DNA from: a virus
Length of the DNA stretch: 64,000 bases
Virus record (IMG/VR): IMGVR_UViG_3300042887_005324
Coordinates: 1 to 64,000 of that record
Reading direction: 5' to 3' (one strand)
This document shows, piece after piece, positions 9,088 to 17,790 of the stretch; the stretch's first letter is position 1; every line of letters begins with the position of its first letter. A program made the position numbers and the translations under genes. Under the pieces are notes generated by a model. It worked only from the letters and a program-made list of their open reading frames with translations, made no database searches and was not told the DNA's origin.

Positions 9088-10317
9088 TTAAAAAATTCTA
9101 TATGCCAAATCACTTGAAAACTCTTTTGTTCCCCACTTCTCGATGGCCGCTAAATACTCTGGCTTATCAAATTCTTTATCTATAGCTTGTCTCATAGCTA
9201 GTCCACCAGAAAGAGTTCCCATAGGATGCCCATGCATCGCTCCTCCAACATTTGCCATCCAATCAAAAGACTCGAGAAGCCCATTGATATATTGAACTAA
9301 ACCAGGATGCATTCCACAACTAAGTGCTGGTACAATATTGTATTGCCACAAAACTTTCAATGCGTCTTTTAGTTCTTGATCATCTTGATTCATATATCCA
9401 CCAATCATGCCAGCATGAATAGAGTCAGAACCAGACCAACCAGCGATTTTACAAATAACAGGCCAGTAGATGTGAAATGGTGCTCTTCTATCAGTAAAGA
9501 ATTTGTCTCCACTTTTTTGAAAGTGAATCCAAAGATTTGGATTTTGTTTTCTGATTGCTCTGTAAGCTCCTAATCCACTCCAAACATTAATATGTATACC
9601 ATTTCCACCTTCATTAGCTACAAAATTAGCTCTTTCTAAAGCGTAAGGACTATCTCCATTAATACAAAATGTATAGATTACATTGGGTGCATTTTTTTGT
9701 AACCAATTTGTAATAAGAGGAACTCTTTTTTGTAAAGAACAGTGATCGGGGTTTCCTAGCAATTCATCTTCTTTGATAAAATTAACACCACCGTGTACCA
9801 TCTCCTTAACTGCCTCTAAAAGAACTTCTGGACTCATACCAACTTTTGGTTTGATTATACCACCGAAAAAAGGCTTATCATTCACACCATTGAATCTTCT
9901 AAATCCATCGATGCCATAAGCTGGTTTTAGTCTAAATTTATTTTCAACCTCTTCTGGAAGATTTATATCTAAAACATGACACTGTTCAATCTCGAGTATA
10001 TCAACTTGACCACCAGCGATGTGACAGAGTATTTGAGATACACCGTCTTCTTCAATATTAATATTTTCAAGTGGAAAAGCTATTTCAATGATTCCTTCTT
10101 TTACCGAAGATAGATAACTTTCATCCTCTAAGATGAAACAACTGTGGTCTTGAAACATTTGATCTGTTTCCCAGATACTTCTATTTTTAGGATTACCAAT
10201 ACTTTGTCCTATGGCAAGATTCCAAGCTGCCTCTCTCAATGATGTTCTTCCTTTAAGGAAATATTTTACTACAAAATATTTCTTATAATCAATGTCTTTT
10301 GTAAAAATGTTTACCAT
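9088..10317 (-). CDS. RuBisCO-like protein (form IV-type substitutions)
   Basis: GGIIKPKVG, FIKEDE (carbamylation Lys motif), SIHAG, LSCGMHP, NVGGAMHGHP; the E60, H294 and K334 equivalents appear replaced. Confidence 0.9.
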   Translation of the reverse strand: MVNIFTKDIDYKKYFVVKYFLKGRTSLREAAWNLAIGQSIGNPKNRSIWETDQMFQDHSCFILEDESYLSSVKEGIIEIAFPLENINIEEDGVSQILCHIAGGQVDILEIEQCHVLDINLPEEVENKFRLKPAYGIDGFRRFNGVNDKPFFGGIIKPKVGMSPEVLLEAVKEMVHGGVNFIKEDELLGNPDHCSLQKRVPLITNWLQKNAPNVIYTFCINGDSPYALERANFVANEGGNGIHINVWSGLGAYRAIRKQNPNLWIHFQKSGDKFFTDRRAPFHIYWPVICKIAGWSGSDSIHAGMIGGYMNQDDQELKDALKVLWQYNIVPALSCGMHPGLVQYINGLLESFDWMANVGGAMHGHPMGTLSGGLAMRQAIDKEFDKPEYLAAIEKWGTKEFSSDLAYRIF

Positions 10318-10343
10318 AACCTTTCAATATTATTTTATTTATT

Positions 10344-10373
10344 TTATTATAAATAAATATTTCAAGGAAGTTT
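10344..10373 (-). promoter_or_regulatory. Bipartite promoter AAACTT-N16-TATAATAA
   Basis: Same architecture occurs upstream of the Dam-like methylase, polB and both helicases. Confidence 0.5.
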
Positions 10374-10412
10374 ACAATTTGCTAATACTAAATATATAGA
10401 GTAAAATTTAGA

Positions 10413-11717
10413 TTATTTTTTAGAGATTTCCTTTATTCCTTTGAGGCCTTTTTTGTCTTTTTCTTTGCCTTTTTCTATTTCAGTATAAATATCTGGATAA
10501 ACTTGTTCTTCTGAATCAACATCATACTTGATATCGAAAAAATCCCCAAAATCTAACAGACCATTTCTAGTAAGTTCTATCTCACTTTTCTTGTTGAAAT
10601 ATAGGTCTATTTTATCTTGTATTTCTTGTACAAATAAATTGAATATTCTTATTGTATTTTCGGTGAAAATACCGATTGGTTTTTTTCTTTTCTTATTGAA
10701 CGAACCTAAAATTACCTTGAATATGTATTCAAATTTTTTATTTTCAGAAATAAACTGTTTGGTCATCTTATTTGGAATTAATTCGACATTAATTCTAAAT
10801 TTATCTTTATCAAAGAACTCAGGTACTATAAAATCAAAGTTCAACAAATCTTCTTTGACATCAGACAAATAAGAGTTGTAAAGTTTACAAATTAAGTAGA
10901 TATAAATTTCGTCTCTTTTGTTACCTTGTATTTTCAGTTGTTTCATATCAACAGACTGACAAAAGTTCAGGAAGTTAACTAAAATAAGTGTGTATATTTC
11001 GACAAAATCAGTTGAGTTTGTATCTGATATTCTTTTATATAAAGGATTTAGAATTTCGAATTTTGAGTCTTGTCCTTCAATTTTTAGAATTAATTTTTCT
11101 AAATTTTTTTGAAAGTCATCATCCATTAAGAAAGAGTTTTGTAACTGTGGATTCAAAATTTTATAGAAAAAGTAAGCAAATGACTTTTCACCAAAAACGA
11201 ACTCTAAATCTTTTTCACTTGTGTTCAAGAAGTATTTAATTGCTTCAACTTTTTGTTCACTTAACTTACCTTTGAATATAACAGGAATTACATCAACATC
11301 AAAAAGTCTTGCGTATTCCTCAAGTTCATCATTTGTATAATTGAATTTTCCATTTTTACAAATTGAAGTCAGAACTAAATTGTTTTTAGGAATTCGACTA
11401 TATTCGATATTAGCTGGTTGATTGTCAGGGAAGTATTCAAAACCAAAGTGCCAACTTTTATTCAGTAATCCTTTTACTCTATCATCGATAGAATTGAAAA
11501 AATAGATTGCATGATTATAGTAGTTCTGCATAGCCATATCAATTAGATTGATAGGATCGTTGGAGATAGATTTTACTCTAATTGTAAAGTCTTTACCATC
11601 CCAATTGACATAAATTTTACTACCTTGTATATCTTCAAAAACAATTATTTCATTGTTGAATAGATCATTTAAGAACTTTTCGTCTTGAATGTCATTTAGT
11701 TTCATGAGTCTTGACAT
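10413..11717 (-). CDS. Hypothetical protein with a degenerate RNA-ligase (Rnl2-like) fold
   Basis: FEDIQGSK resembles motif I EKxxGxN with the Lys replaced; FGFEYF, VIPVIF and LEKLIL follow in ligase motif order. Confidence 0.45.
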   Translation of the reverse strand: MSRLMKLNDIQDEKFLNDLFNNEIIVFEDIQGSKIYVNWDGKDFTIRVKSISNDPINLIDMAMQNYYNHAIYFFNSIDDRVKGLLNKSWHFGFEYFPDNQPANIEYSRIPKNNLVLTSICKNGKFNYTNDELEEYARLFDVDVIPVIFKGKLSEQKVEAIKYFLNTSEKDLEFVFGEKSFAYFFYKILNPQLQNSFLMDDDFQKNLEKLILKIEGQDSKFEILNPLYKRISDTNSTDFVEIYTLILVNFLNFCQSVDMKQLKIQGNKRDEIYIYLICKLYNSYLSDVKEDLLNFDFIVPEFFDKDKFRINVELIPNKMTKQFISENKKFEYIFKVILGSFNKKRKKPIGIFTENTIRIFNLFVQEIQDKIDLYFNKKSEIELTRNGLLDFGDFFDIKYDVDSEEQVYPDIYTEIEKGKEKDKKGLKGIKEISKK

Positions 11718-11790
11718 AATCTTTATAGTTGAAAGTTATTTTTTGTTTTTAATTAACTTTTATTGTCTTCCAATTTAATATATATAAAAT

Positions 11791-12129
11791 ATGAGTGACA
11801 CTAAAATCAAAAAATTCAAAGAATTATCACAGGATGTCGAAAAGAAAGAATTGGAAATTGAATTTTCAAGAGTCAAGTCCGGTGAGTTTGAGATTGAGTC
11901 TATAATTGATGTTTTTCACGATCCAAAGGATATTAAAGAAAACTTTATAGGTATGCAATCTGATCTAAGTAAGAAAGATCTTAAAAGAGGTGATGTTATT
12001 TACATAACCGCTATGATAAAGAAAGCTGGTCACTCTATGACATCACCTGCTACACAAGCAGTATTGAAACTAAGAATAGTTGATATTTATCAAGGTTTGT
12101 CTTATTTAAGTAAAGTAATAAACAATTAA
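11791..12129 (+). CDS. Hypothetical protein with a capsid-targeting-like leader
   Basis: TTAATATATA at 11775-11784; N-terminus KIKKFKEL. Confidence 0.65.
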   Translation: MSDTKIKKFKELSQDVEKKELEIEFSRVKSGEFEIESIIDVFHDPKDIKENFIGMQSDLSKKDLKRGDVIYITAMIKKAGHSMTSPATQAVLKLRIVDIYQGLSYLSKVINN

Positions 12130-12130
12130 T

Positions 12131-12523
12131 ATGAAATATATTAAATCATTTAACGAGTCTAATAAATCTAATAAACCAAACATTAAAAAATTAGATATAG
12201 ATGGATTTTTAGTTTTCATGGGTAGAGATGCTTTATCTAATGATTACTTGACTTTTGAAGTTGCTGATAATGAAGATTATTGGATGCATGCAAAAGGAGT
12301 ACCTGGTTCACATGTTGTGATCAGGGTAGATAGTAAGATACCCGGATTGGAAACAATTAAAAAGGCTGCAAAATTAGCAGCAAAGAACTCAAAATCTTCT
12401 GATGAGCAAGTTAATGTGGTTTATTGTAAAAGAAAGTTCGTGAAAAAAGAACCAGGAATGAATGTTGGTCAAGTTAAGGTAGATTATACAAATAGCTATG
12501 AAATAACTGTTTCTAAAAATTAA
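12131..12523 (+). CDS. Stand-alone NFACT-R (DUF814) RNA-binding domain protein
   Basis: GRDALSNDYLT...DYWMHAKGVPGSHVVI...AAKLAAKNSK...V.Y...KFVKK..G...GQV. Confidence 0.88.
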   Translation: MKYIKSFNESNKSNKPNIKKLDIDGFLVFMGRDALSNDYLTFEVADNEDYWMHAKGVPGSHVVIRVDSKIPGLETIKKAAKLAAKNSKSSDEQVNVVYCKRKFVKKEPGMNVGQVKVDYTNSYEITVSKN

Positions 12524-12535
12524 TATATAACTTTA

Positions 12536-13912
12536 ATGAAAAAGACTTATTTTACCCCTGGTGTTGTTGAGATTTTTAATAAATTAAAAAGTGCACCAGC
12601 ATTCAAAGAATTGATTCTGAAGTTAGAAGAAGCAACTAAATTACCTGGTGATAAAATTGAATTTTCCGTAAGTAAATATGACCTTTCAAAACCTATTATC
12701 AAGAATATTTTAGGACCAGACGCATTTAGTGATAGTTTGATAGATGAGTTTATGAGAACTTTCAAGTTCAAAGTAGATGACATTGATAGAGGATATAAAT
12801 CAACTACAACCTATACGTCATCAGCAACAACTGGAAGTGCACCTTTCAAGAAAACTGTTAGCCAACCAGCTAAACCTCAAAGAATTTTCAAAGAAGAAGA
12901 TTATATCACACCAAGAGAATTTAAATTTGAACCCAATAATATTAGAGAGACATTTATTTCACTAGTCACTGAAACTTATCCTATGGGACATGAGGATGAG
13001 GTTGTTAAATATATCACACCTGGTCTAAAAAAAGACCAACATGGAAATTACTATACTATTATTGGAGATTCCGACACATCTTTTACTTGTCATTTAGATA
13101 CTGCTTCTAGAACTAAAGAAAAGATTAAATTAGTTCAGTATAAAAAAGATGGACAAGATTTCATAATGAGTGATGGTACCACTATTTTAGGAGCTGATGA
13201 TAAATCCGGTGTTGCTATATTGATGTATATGATACATCATAATGTACCAGGTGTTTATTGGTTCTTCATGGGTGAAGAAAGAGGCGGTGTTGGTTCAGGA
13301 AAAGTTGCTAATGATATTGAAAGTTATCCTTTTATGTCAAAAATTAAGAAAATGGTTTCATTCGACAGAAGAAACTATTATTCAGTAATCACATCACAAT
13401 TTGGAACTGTTTGTTGTTCAAATGAATTTGGTGATTCTTTGTGTAAAGAACTAAATAAGAGTGGATTAAAATTAAATTTAGATCCAACTGGTGTTTTTAC
13501 GGATTCTGCTAACTTTATAGATATTATACCAGAGTGTACGAATGTTTCAGTTGGTTATTTTAATGAACACACTTCTGAAGAGCTACAAAATATTACATAT
13601 TTAGAGAGATTAGCAAAAGCATGTGTTGCATGTGACTGGGATAAACTAGCTATTAAAAGAAAAGTAGGATTTGATGAGGATATCAAAAGTAAATATTTTA
13701 GATTGATCAAACAATTCAATAGAACTGTATTCTTTAACAAAGACTCTATAAAAGGCGTTGACGGTAAATTATTAATCAATTTAGAAGTTGATAGTAGCGA
13801 TCCTGATCATTTATATGAAGATTTAACATCATTACAAAAACTATTTTCACAACATAGATTAGATCCAGATATTTTGTTTGAAGGTGATAAAATAAAAATT
13901 GAACTTACATAA
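12536..13912 (+). CDS. M28/M20-like zinc peptidase (paralogue 2) with N- and C-terminal extensions
   Basis: HLDT, LGADDKSG, GEERG, SFDRR, TDSA, NVSVGYFNEH; clear homology to 4757-5836. Confidence 0.85.
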   Translation: MKKTYFTPGVVEIFNKLKSAPAFKELILKLEEATKLPGDKIEFSVSKYDLSKPIIKNILGPDAFSDSLIDEFMRTFKFKVDDIDRGYKSTTTYTSSATTGSAPFKKTVSQPAKPQRIFKEEDYITPREFKFEPNNIRETFISLVTETYPMGHEDEVVKYITPGLKKDQHGNYYTIIGDSDTSFTCHLDTASRTKEKIKLVQYKKDGQDFIMSDGTTILGADDKSGVAILMYMIHHNVPGVYWFFMGEERGGVGSGKVANDIESYPFMSKIKKMVSFDRRNYYSVITSQFGTVCCSNEFGDSLCKELNKSGLKLNLDPTGVFTDSANFIDIIPECTNVSVGYFNEHTSEELQNITYLERLAKACVACDWDKLAIKRKVGFDEDIKSKYFRLIKQFNRTVFFNKDSIKGVDGKLLINLEVDSSDPDHLYEDLTSLQKLFSQHRLDPDILFEGDKIKIELT

Positions 13913-13913
13913 T

Positions 13914-14378
13914 ATGAACTTGAAGAGATTTAAACAACTATTACAAGAAGATCGAGAAGGTTTTGATGATATTTATGATGATGATTTTTATTATGGTGAT
14001 GAAGATGAAGAGTCTTTATATGATAAGGATGCCATGGATATGGACGATGATGATGAATATGTAGGTGATACTGAAGTTCTTGAAAATCTAGCTACATTAA
14101 TTAGAAAAATGATTCAAACTGCTGGGATTAGTGATTATTATGTAACAACGAATAATTATGATATTAGTATACAATTTGTTTTCAATAAAACAGAAAAACT
14201 AAGTAGAATATTGAAAGTCATGGGATTGTTAAAAAAATTATACACTGATACACTGATACAATTTGAAGCAGATCTGGATTTGTGGGAAACTAAAGATGGT
14301 CGACCATTATTAACTGTTGATTTTTATTACAGTGATTATGTGAAAGGTAAGTATAATAAAGAAGACGCTCCTTTTTAA
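13914..14378 (+). CDS. Acidic hypothetical protein with a capsid-targeting-like leader (start revised to ATG 13914)
   Basis: MNLKRFKQLLQED; ATG 1 nt after the previous stop codon. Confidence 0.65.
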   Translation: MNLKRFKQLLQEDREGFDDIYDDDFYYGDEDEESLYDKDAMDMDDDDEYVGDTEVLENLATLIRKMIQTAGISDYYVTTNNYDISIQFVFNKTEKLSRILKVMGLLKKLYTDTLIQFEADLDLWETKDGRPLLTVDFYYSDYVKGKYNKEDAPF

Positions 14379-14434
14379 TCTAAACTTTTTGTTTTTTTCA
14401 AATAATATATATATCTTTGTAAGATAATTAACAC

Positions 14435-14783
14435 GGGGGTGATTAGTATTGATTCGTAGGATAAAGTTAGTTATGCAGGCATCGGAAGATATCTAACCGA
14501 TTAAAATATGGTATCAAACGCTTAAATGGCAAAACAAACGAAGTAGCAAGCCGTGAAGAATTAGTAGCCGCTCTACGCAACAACATCTTAAAGGTAAACG
14601 AAGTAGCTGTAGCTTAATAGGTTTCCAAACAGTAAGAACTCTGTAAAAGTTCCGAGAAAGTTGAAATTTGAATCTCGTTAAAATAAAATATTCTATTTTG
14701 TAAGTTTAGAAAAACTTTCTAAGCCTGTGAATGAATAGTTATCATTAACTAAGGAAGACCCGGTTTCGTCACCGGCATCTCCA
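14435..14783 (+). ncRNA. ssrA: tmRNA
   Basis: 5' GGGGGTG pairs with 3' CATCTCC-A, including the G3:U Ala determinant. T-arm CCGGT-TTCGTC-ACCGG. Tag ORF 14528-14617 is GKTNEVASREELVAALRNNILKVNEVAVA*. CCA is not encoded. TATCTTTG promoter at 14412-14419. Confidence 0.92.
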
Positions 14784-14787
14784 CTAA

Positions 14788-14820
14788 CAAAAACTCAACC
14801 AAATGGTTGAGTTTTTTTTT
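14788..14820 (+). terminator. Terminator after tmRNA
   Basis: AAAAACTCAACCA-AA-TGGTTGAGTTTTTTTT. Confidence 0.85.
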
Positions 14821-14865
14821 TATTCAATTTAAATTTGATAGTTAATTAGATCAAACGAAAAAAAG

Positions 14866-14895
14866 AAACTTTTGATAGAGTAGCTTCTATAAATA
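14866..14895 (+). promoter_or_regulatory. Bipartite promoter AAACTT-N16-TATAAATA
   Basis: Identical hexamer, octamer and spacing at 36016-36045. Confidence 0.6.
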
Positions 14896-14922
14896 GGAAC
14901 TAAAATAAATATAGAAAATAAT

Positions 14923-15879
14923 ATGGCGTGTATTTCATACTTTGGAGGTAAATCCTCAAATGTTTTTCAAGAGTTTATTAATAAAAAAATACCAAAATCT
15001 GGTATAAAAACCTACTTAGAACCATTTAGTGGAAGTATGGGTACATATATGGATGATGATAGTCTTAAATTTGATACAGTTATTTATAATGATAAAAATC
15101 GTCACCAAGTGAATCTTTATAAATGTTGTTCTGAACCAGAGAAGTTCATTCCGTATTTAGAGTCATTAACTCAACTTGGTGGATTACTACACACATCTGA
15201 AACTGAACCACTAAAAAAGTGGGATTTCTATAAAGGAATCTATAAGCAATATCAAAAAAATGATTTTCTTGATAATATGAATTTTGAGATAGGTGATTTT
15301 GAAAAGGCTGCCATTTACGCATTTTTGATTACATCAGCTCACAATTCAGTCTATCCAAGAGGAGCGGGCTTCAATGGATATAAAAAAGATAAAGATCGAC
15401 TAAAATTGGAAGTCCTAATTTCTAAATTGAAGAAAAACACTTATACTGATAAGCTACAATCAATTACTGGATTCTATAACGAAGACTTCGAAGACTTGAT
15501 ATTAAAGTATGATTCAGAAGAAACATATTTATACTTAGATCCACCATACGCAAGATTTGATGAAGCAAAAGGTGATGATGATGCTAAGCGACTTTTTTGG
15601 TACGGTGCTGATCAAGATGGCGTATTTGGACCAGCATCACATAGAAGATTATTAGAAAGACTCAAAACTATCAAATCTCGTTGGTCACTTTCTTATTACT
15701 ACTTTCCACTATTAGAGGAATTATTACCAAGAAACGAGTATATTTGGACACAAAAAGAAGTCTTTAGAAGTTCCGCTCAAGGTGGTAATAACTCTGATGT
15801 AAAGAAAGAACAAGCTAAGGGAGTTGAGTTGTTGATTATGAATTATGATCCAATCACTGGTGAAAAATTAAACAAGTAA
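14923..15879 (+). CDS. DNA adenine methyltransferase, Dam/D12 class
   Basis: YFGGK, EPFSGS (motif I), YND, DPPY (motif IV), ELLIMNY. Confidence 0.9.
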   Translation: MACISYFGGKSSNVFQEFINKKIPKSGIKTYLEPFSGSMGTYMDDDSLKFDTVIYNDKNRHQVNLYKCCSEPEKFIPYLESLTQLGGLLHTSETEPLKKWDFYKGIYKQYQKNDFLDNMNFEIGDFEKAAIYAFLITSAHNSVYPRGAGFNGYKKDKDRLKLEVLISKLKKNTYTDKLQSITGFYNEDFEDLILKYDSEETYLYLDPPYARFDEAKGDDDAKRLFWYGADQDGVFGPASHRRLLERLKTIKSRWSLSYYYFPLLEELLPRNEYIWTQKEVFRSSAQGGNNSDVKKEQAKGVELLIMNYDPITGEKLNK

Positions 15880-16490
15880 TGAGTAATAAAAGAGGCCGAA
15901 AAGGTCCTAAATATACAACACACGAAGAAGATAAAAGACTTGTTCTTTTAGCAATAAGTGGAGATTATAATGCTTATAACATTTTACTTGAAAAGTATAA
16001 GCCAATACTCTACATAGCAGCTAAAAGAAGATTGTTTAATTATGATGAGGAAGACATAGAAGATATTGTTATGACAGTATTAGGTAATGCTTTTGTAAAA
16101 ATTAAACAATATGATCCAGAAAAAGCTAAATTTTTTTGGTGGATAGTTGCTTGCTTACACAATCATGTAAGTAATTTATACAAAAGAGATAAACTAATTA
16201 AGAGAGATAACTTTGTTTCACTAAGTAATTCTCCAATGATAGAAGTATATAGTGATGACTCTAATTTTTCTGAAGACTATGATAAAGAACAAACTTCTAA
16301 ATTAATAAGACTCTTAATAAGTAAATTACCAGAGGATCAATCTAAAGCAATAACTATGAGATATTTCAAAGATGCATCAAACGAAGAAATAGCTAAAGAG
16401 ATTGGATGTAAGCCTGATGAAGTATGGTATAGATTAAAAAAAGGAAGAGAGAAGTTAAAAAAATTGTCTATAAATGGTAAACTATTCTAA
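15879..16490 (+). CDS. ECF-type RNA polymerase sigma factor
   Basis: GD..AY..L...Y, EDIV, YDP..AKF..W (region 2); LPEDQ..AI.MRYF..S.EEIA.EIG (region 4). Confidence 0.88.
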   Translation: MSNKRGRKGPKYTTHEEDKRLVLLAISGDYNAYNILLEKYKPILYIAAKRRLFNYDEEDIEDIVMTVLGNAFVKIKQYDPEKAKFFWWIVACLHNHVSNLYKRDKLIKRDNFVSLSNSPMIEVYSDDSNFSEDYDKEQTSKLIRLLISKLPEDQSKAITMRYFKDASNEEIAKEIGCKPDEVWYRLKKGREKLKKLSINGKLF

Positions 16491-16491
16491 T

Positions 16492-16698
16492 ATGTATCCA
16501 CTACCTGGTCAAAAATATAAACATTATAAAGGTGGTACCTATGAGGTCATATCTATGGCTAATCATACAGAAACTAAAGAAGTTGTAGTTGTTTATAAGT
16601 CAATAAACTTTGGTTCTGTTTATGTTAGACCACTTGAAATTTGGAACTCAAAAACAGAAGATAATCAACAAAAATTTACATTAATTGATGGAAATTAA
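16492..16698 (+). CDS. DUF1653-family protein (start revised to ATG 16492)
   Basis: YKHYKGGTYEV...A.H.ET.E..VVY......YVRP...W. Confidence 0.8.
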   Translation: MYPLPGQKYKHYKGGTYEVISMANHTETKEVVVVYKSINFGSVYVRPLEIWNSKTEDNQQKFTLIDGN

Positions 16699-17362
16699 AT
16701 CAGAAATTTTTAATTTGGGTGTATTTAATAAAAATTTAAATCTTACACAAAATATAAAAGTCTCAATGGCTCTTCGAAAAGATGAGGTCAATGGGGAAAA
16801 AAATCATCTTAATTCTTTACTATCACAGGAAGCATCACAATTACTTCAAAAAAAGATTTTAGATGAAATGTCACAATCTAAAGAAGAATTTTTAGATGTT
16901 ATGAATTTATCAGAGTCAGATTCCATCAGTTTATTACATAATTACTTGTGTAGAAATGAATTTGAGTTTATTATAATGAGTAGTCAAATAGGTATGTTTG
17001 CTCAAGATAGTGTTCTTTTTACAACAAGTTCTATTGGTAATCAAAATAAATTAAATATTATAAATAGTAACACCTTTTATCATTTAGGGAAACTAGGTAA
17101 TATAGATTGTTATATTCATGCCTATAAAAAGTGTGATGATAAAGAATTAATCTGTGGAAAGAAGAACTGTTTCAATTATAATTATCGATTCGATGATATA
17201 AGGGAAGTCAACAAAACATCTATGGTTCCGAGAATATTAATCGAATTATATTATGATTTTATACTTGATACAAAAAAATTAGTTAATTTACACTTTGTAA
17301 ATGAAGATAATCCCAAATATAGACAATTTAATAGGGATAAAAAAATTGATGAATTATTATGA
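16688..17362 (+). CDS. Truncated, diverged paralogue of the major capsid protein C-terminal half
   Basis: Five collinear blocks align by eye with 589-2349, e.g. IKVSMALRKDE vs IEVSSALRRTE and FYHLGKLGNIDCYIHAY vs LYPVGQIGDIQIYVDPY. Confidence 0.65.
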   Translation: MEIKSEIFNLGVFNKNLNLTQNIKVSMALRKDEVNGEKNHLNSLLSQEASQLLQKKILDEMSQSKEEFLDVMNLSESDSISLLHNYLCRNEFEFIIMSSQIGMFAQDSVLFTTSSIGNQNKLNIINSNTFYHLGKLGNIDCYIHAYKKCDDKELICGKKNCFNYNYRFDDIREVNKTSMVPRILIELYYDFILDTKKLVNLHFVNEDNPKYRQFNRDKKIDELL

Positions 17363-17790
17363 TTGCAATTGGATCGGATCACGCTGGATTTGAAATGAAA
17401 ACAGCTATTATTAATTGGTTAGAAGAAAACGAATTAAATGTTACTGATTTCGGACCATATTCAACAGATAGTGTTGATTATCCAGACTACGCACATTCTG
17501 TTGTTGGTTCGATTTTAGATGAAGATAATGTTATTGGAATTCTGATTTGTGGTTCAGGTAATGGTATTTGTATGTCAGCTAATAAGTGGAGAGATATAAG
17601 AGCGGCTCTTTGTTGGAATAAAGAGATAGCTTCTTTATCTAGACAACATAATAATGCGAATGTTATTTGTTTACCGGCAAGATTTATATCTATTGAAGAG
17701 TCTATTGAAATTCTAGAAACTTTTTTAGAAACTGAATTTGAGGGTGGTCGCCATGAAAAAAGAGTTGATAAAATTAATCCTTCTTTTTAA
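17359..17790 (+). CDS. rpiB: Ribose-5-phosphate isomerase B
   Basis: IGSDHAG, DYPD, GILICGSGNG, SRQHNNANV, FEGGRH.RV. Confidence 0.96.
   Translation: MIAIGSDHAGFEMKTAIINWLEENELNVTDFGPYSTDSVDYPDYAHSVVGSILDEDNVIGILICGSGNGICMSANKWRDIRAALCWNKEIASLSRQHNNANVICLPARFISIEESIEILETFLETEFEGGRHEKRVDKINPSF

Noticed and set aside
9088-10317. Bona fide CO2-fixing RuBisCO
   Set aside because: The equivalents of E60, H294 and K334 appear substituted, and no phosphoribulokinase is seen in the window.
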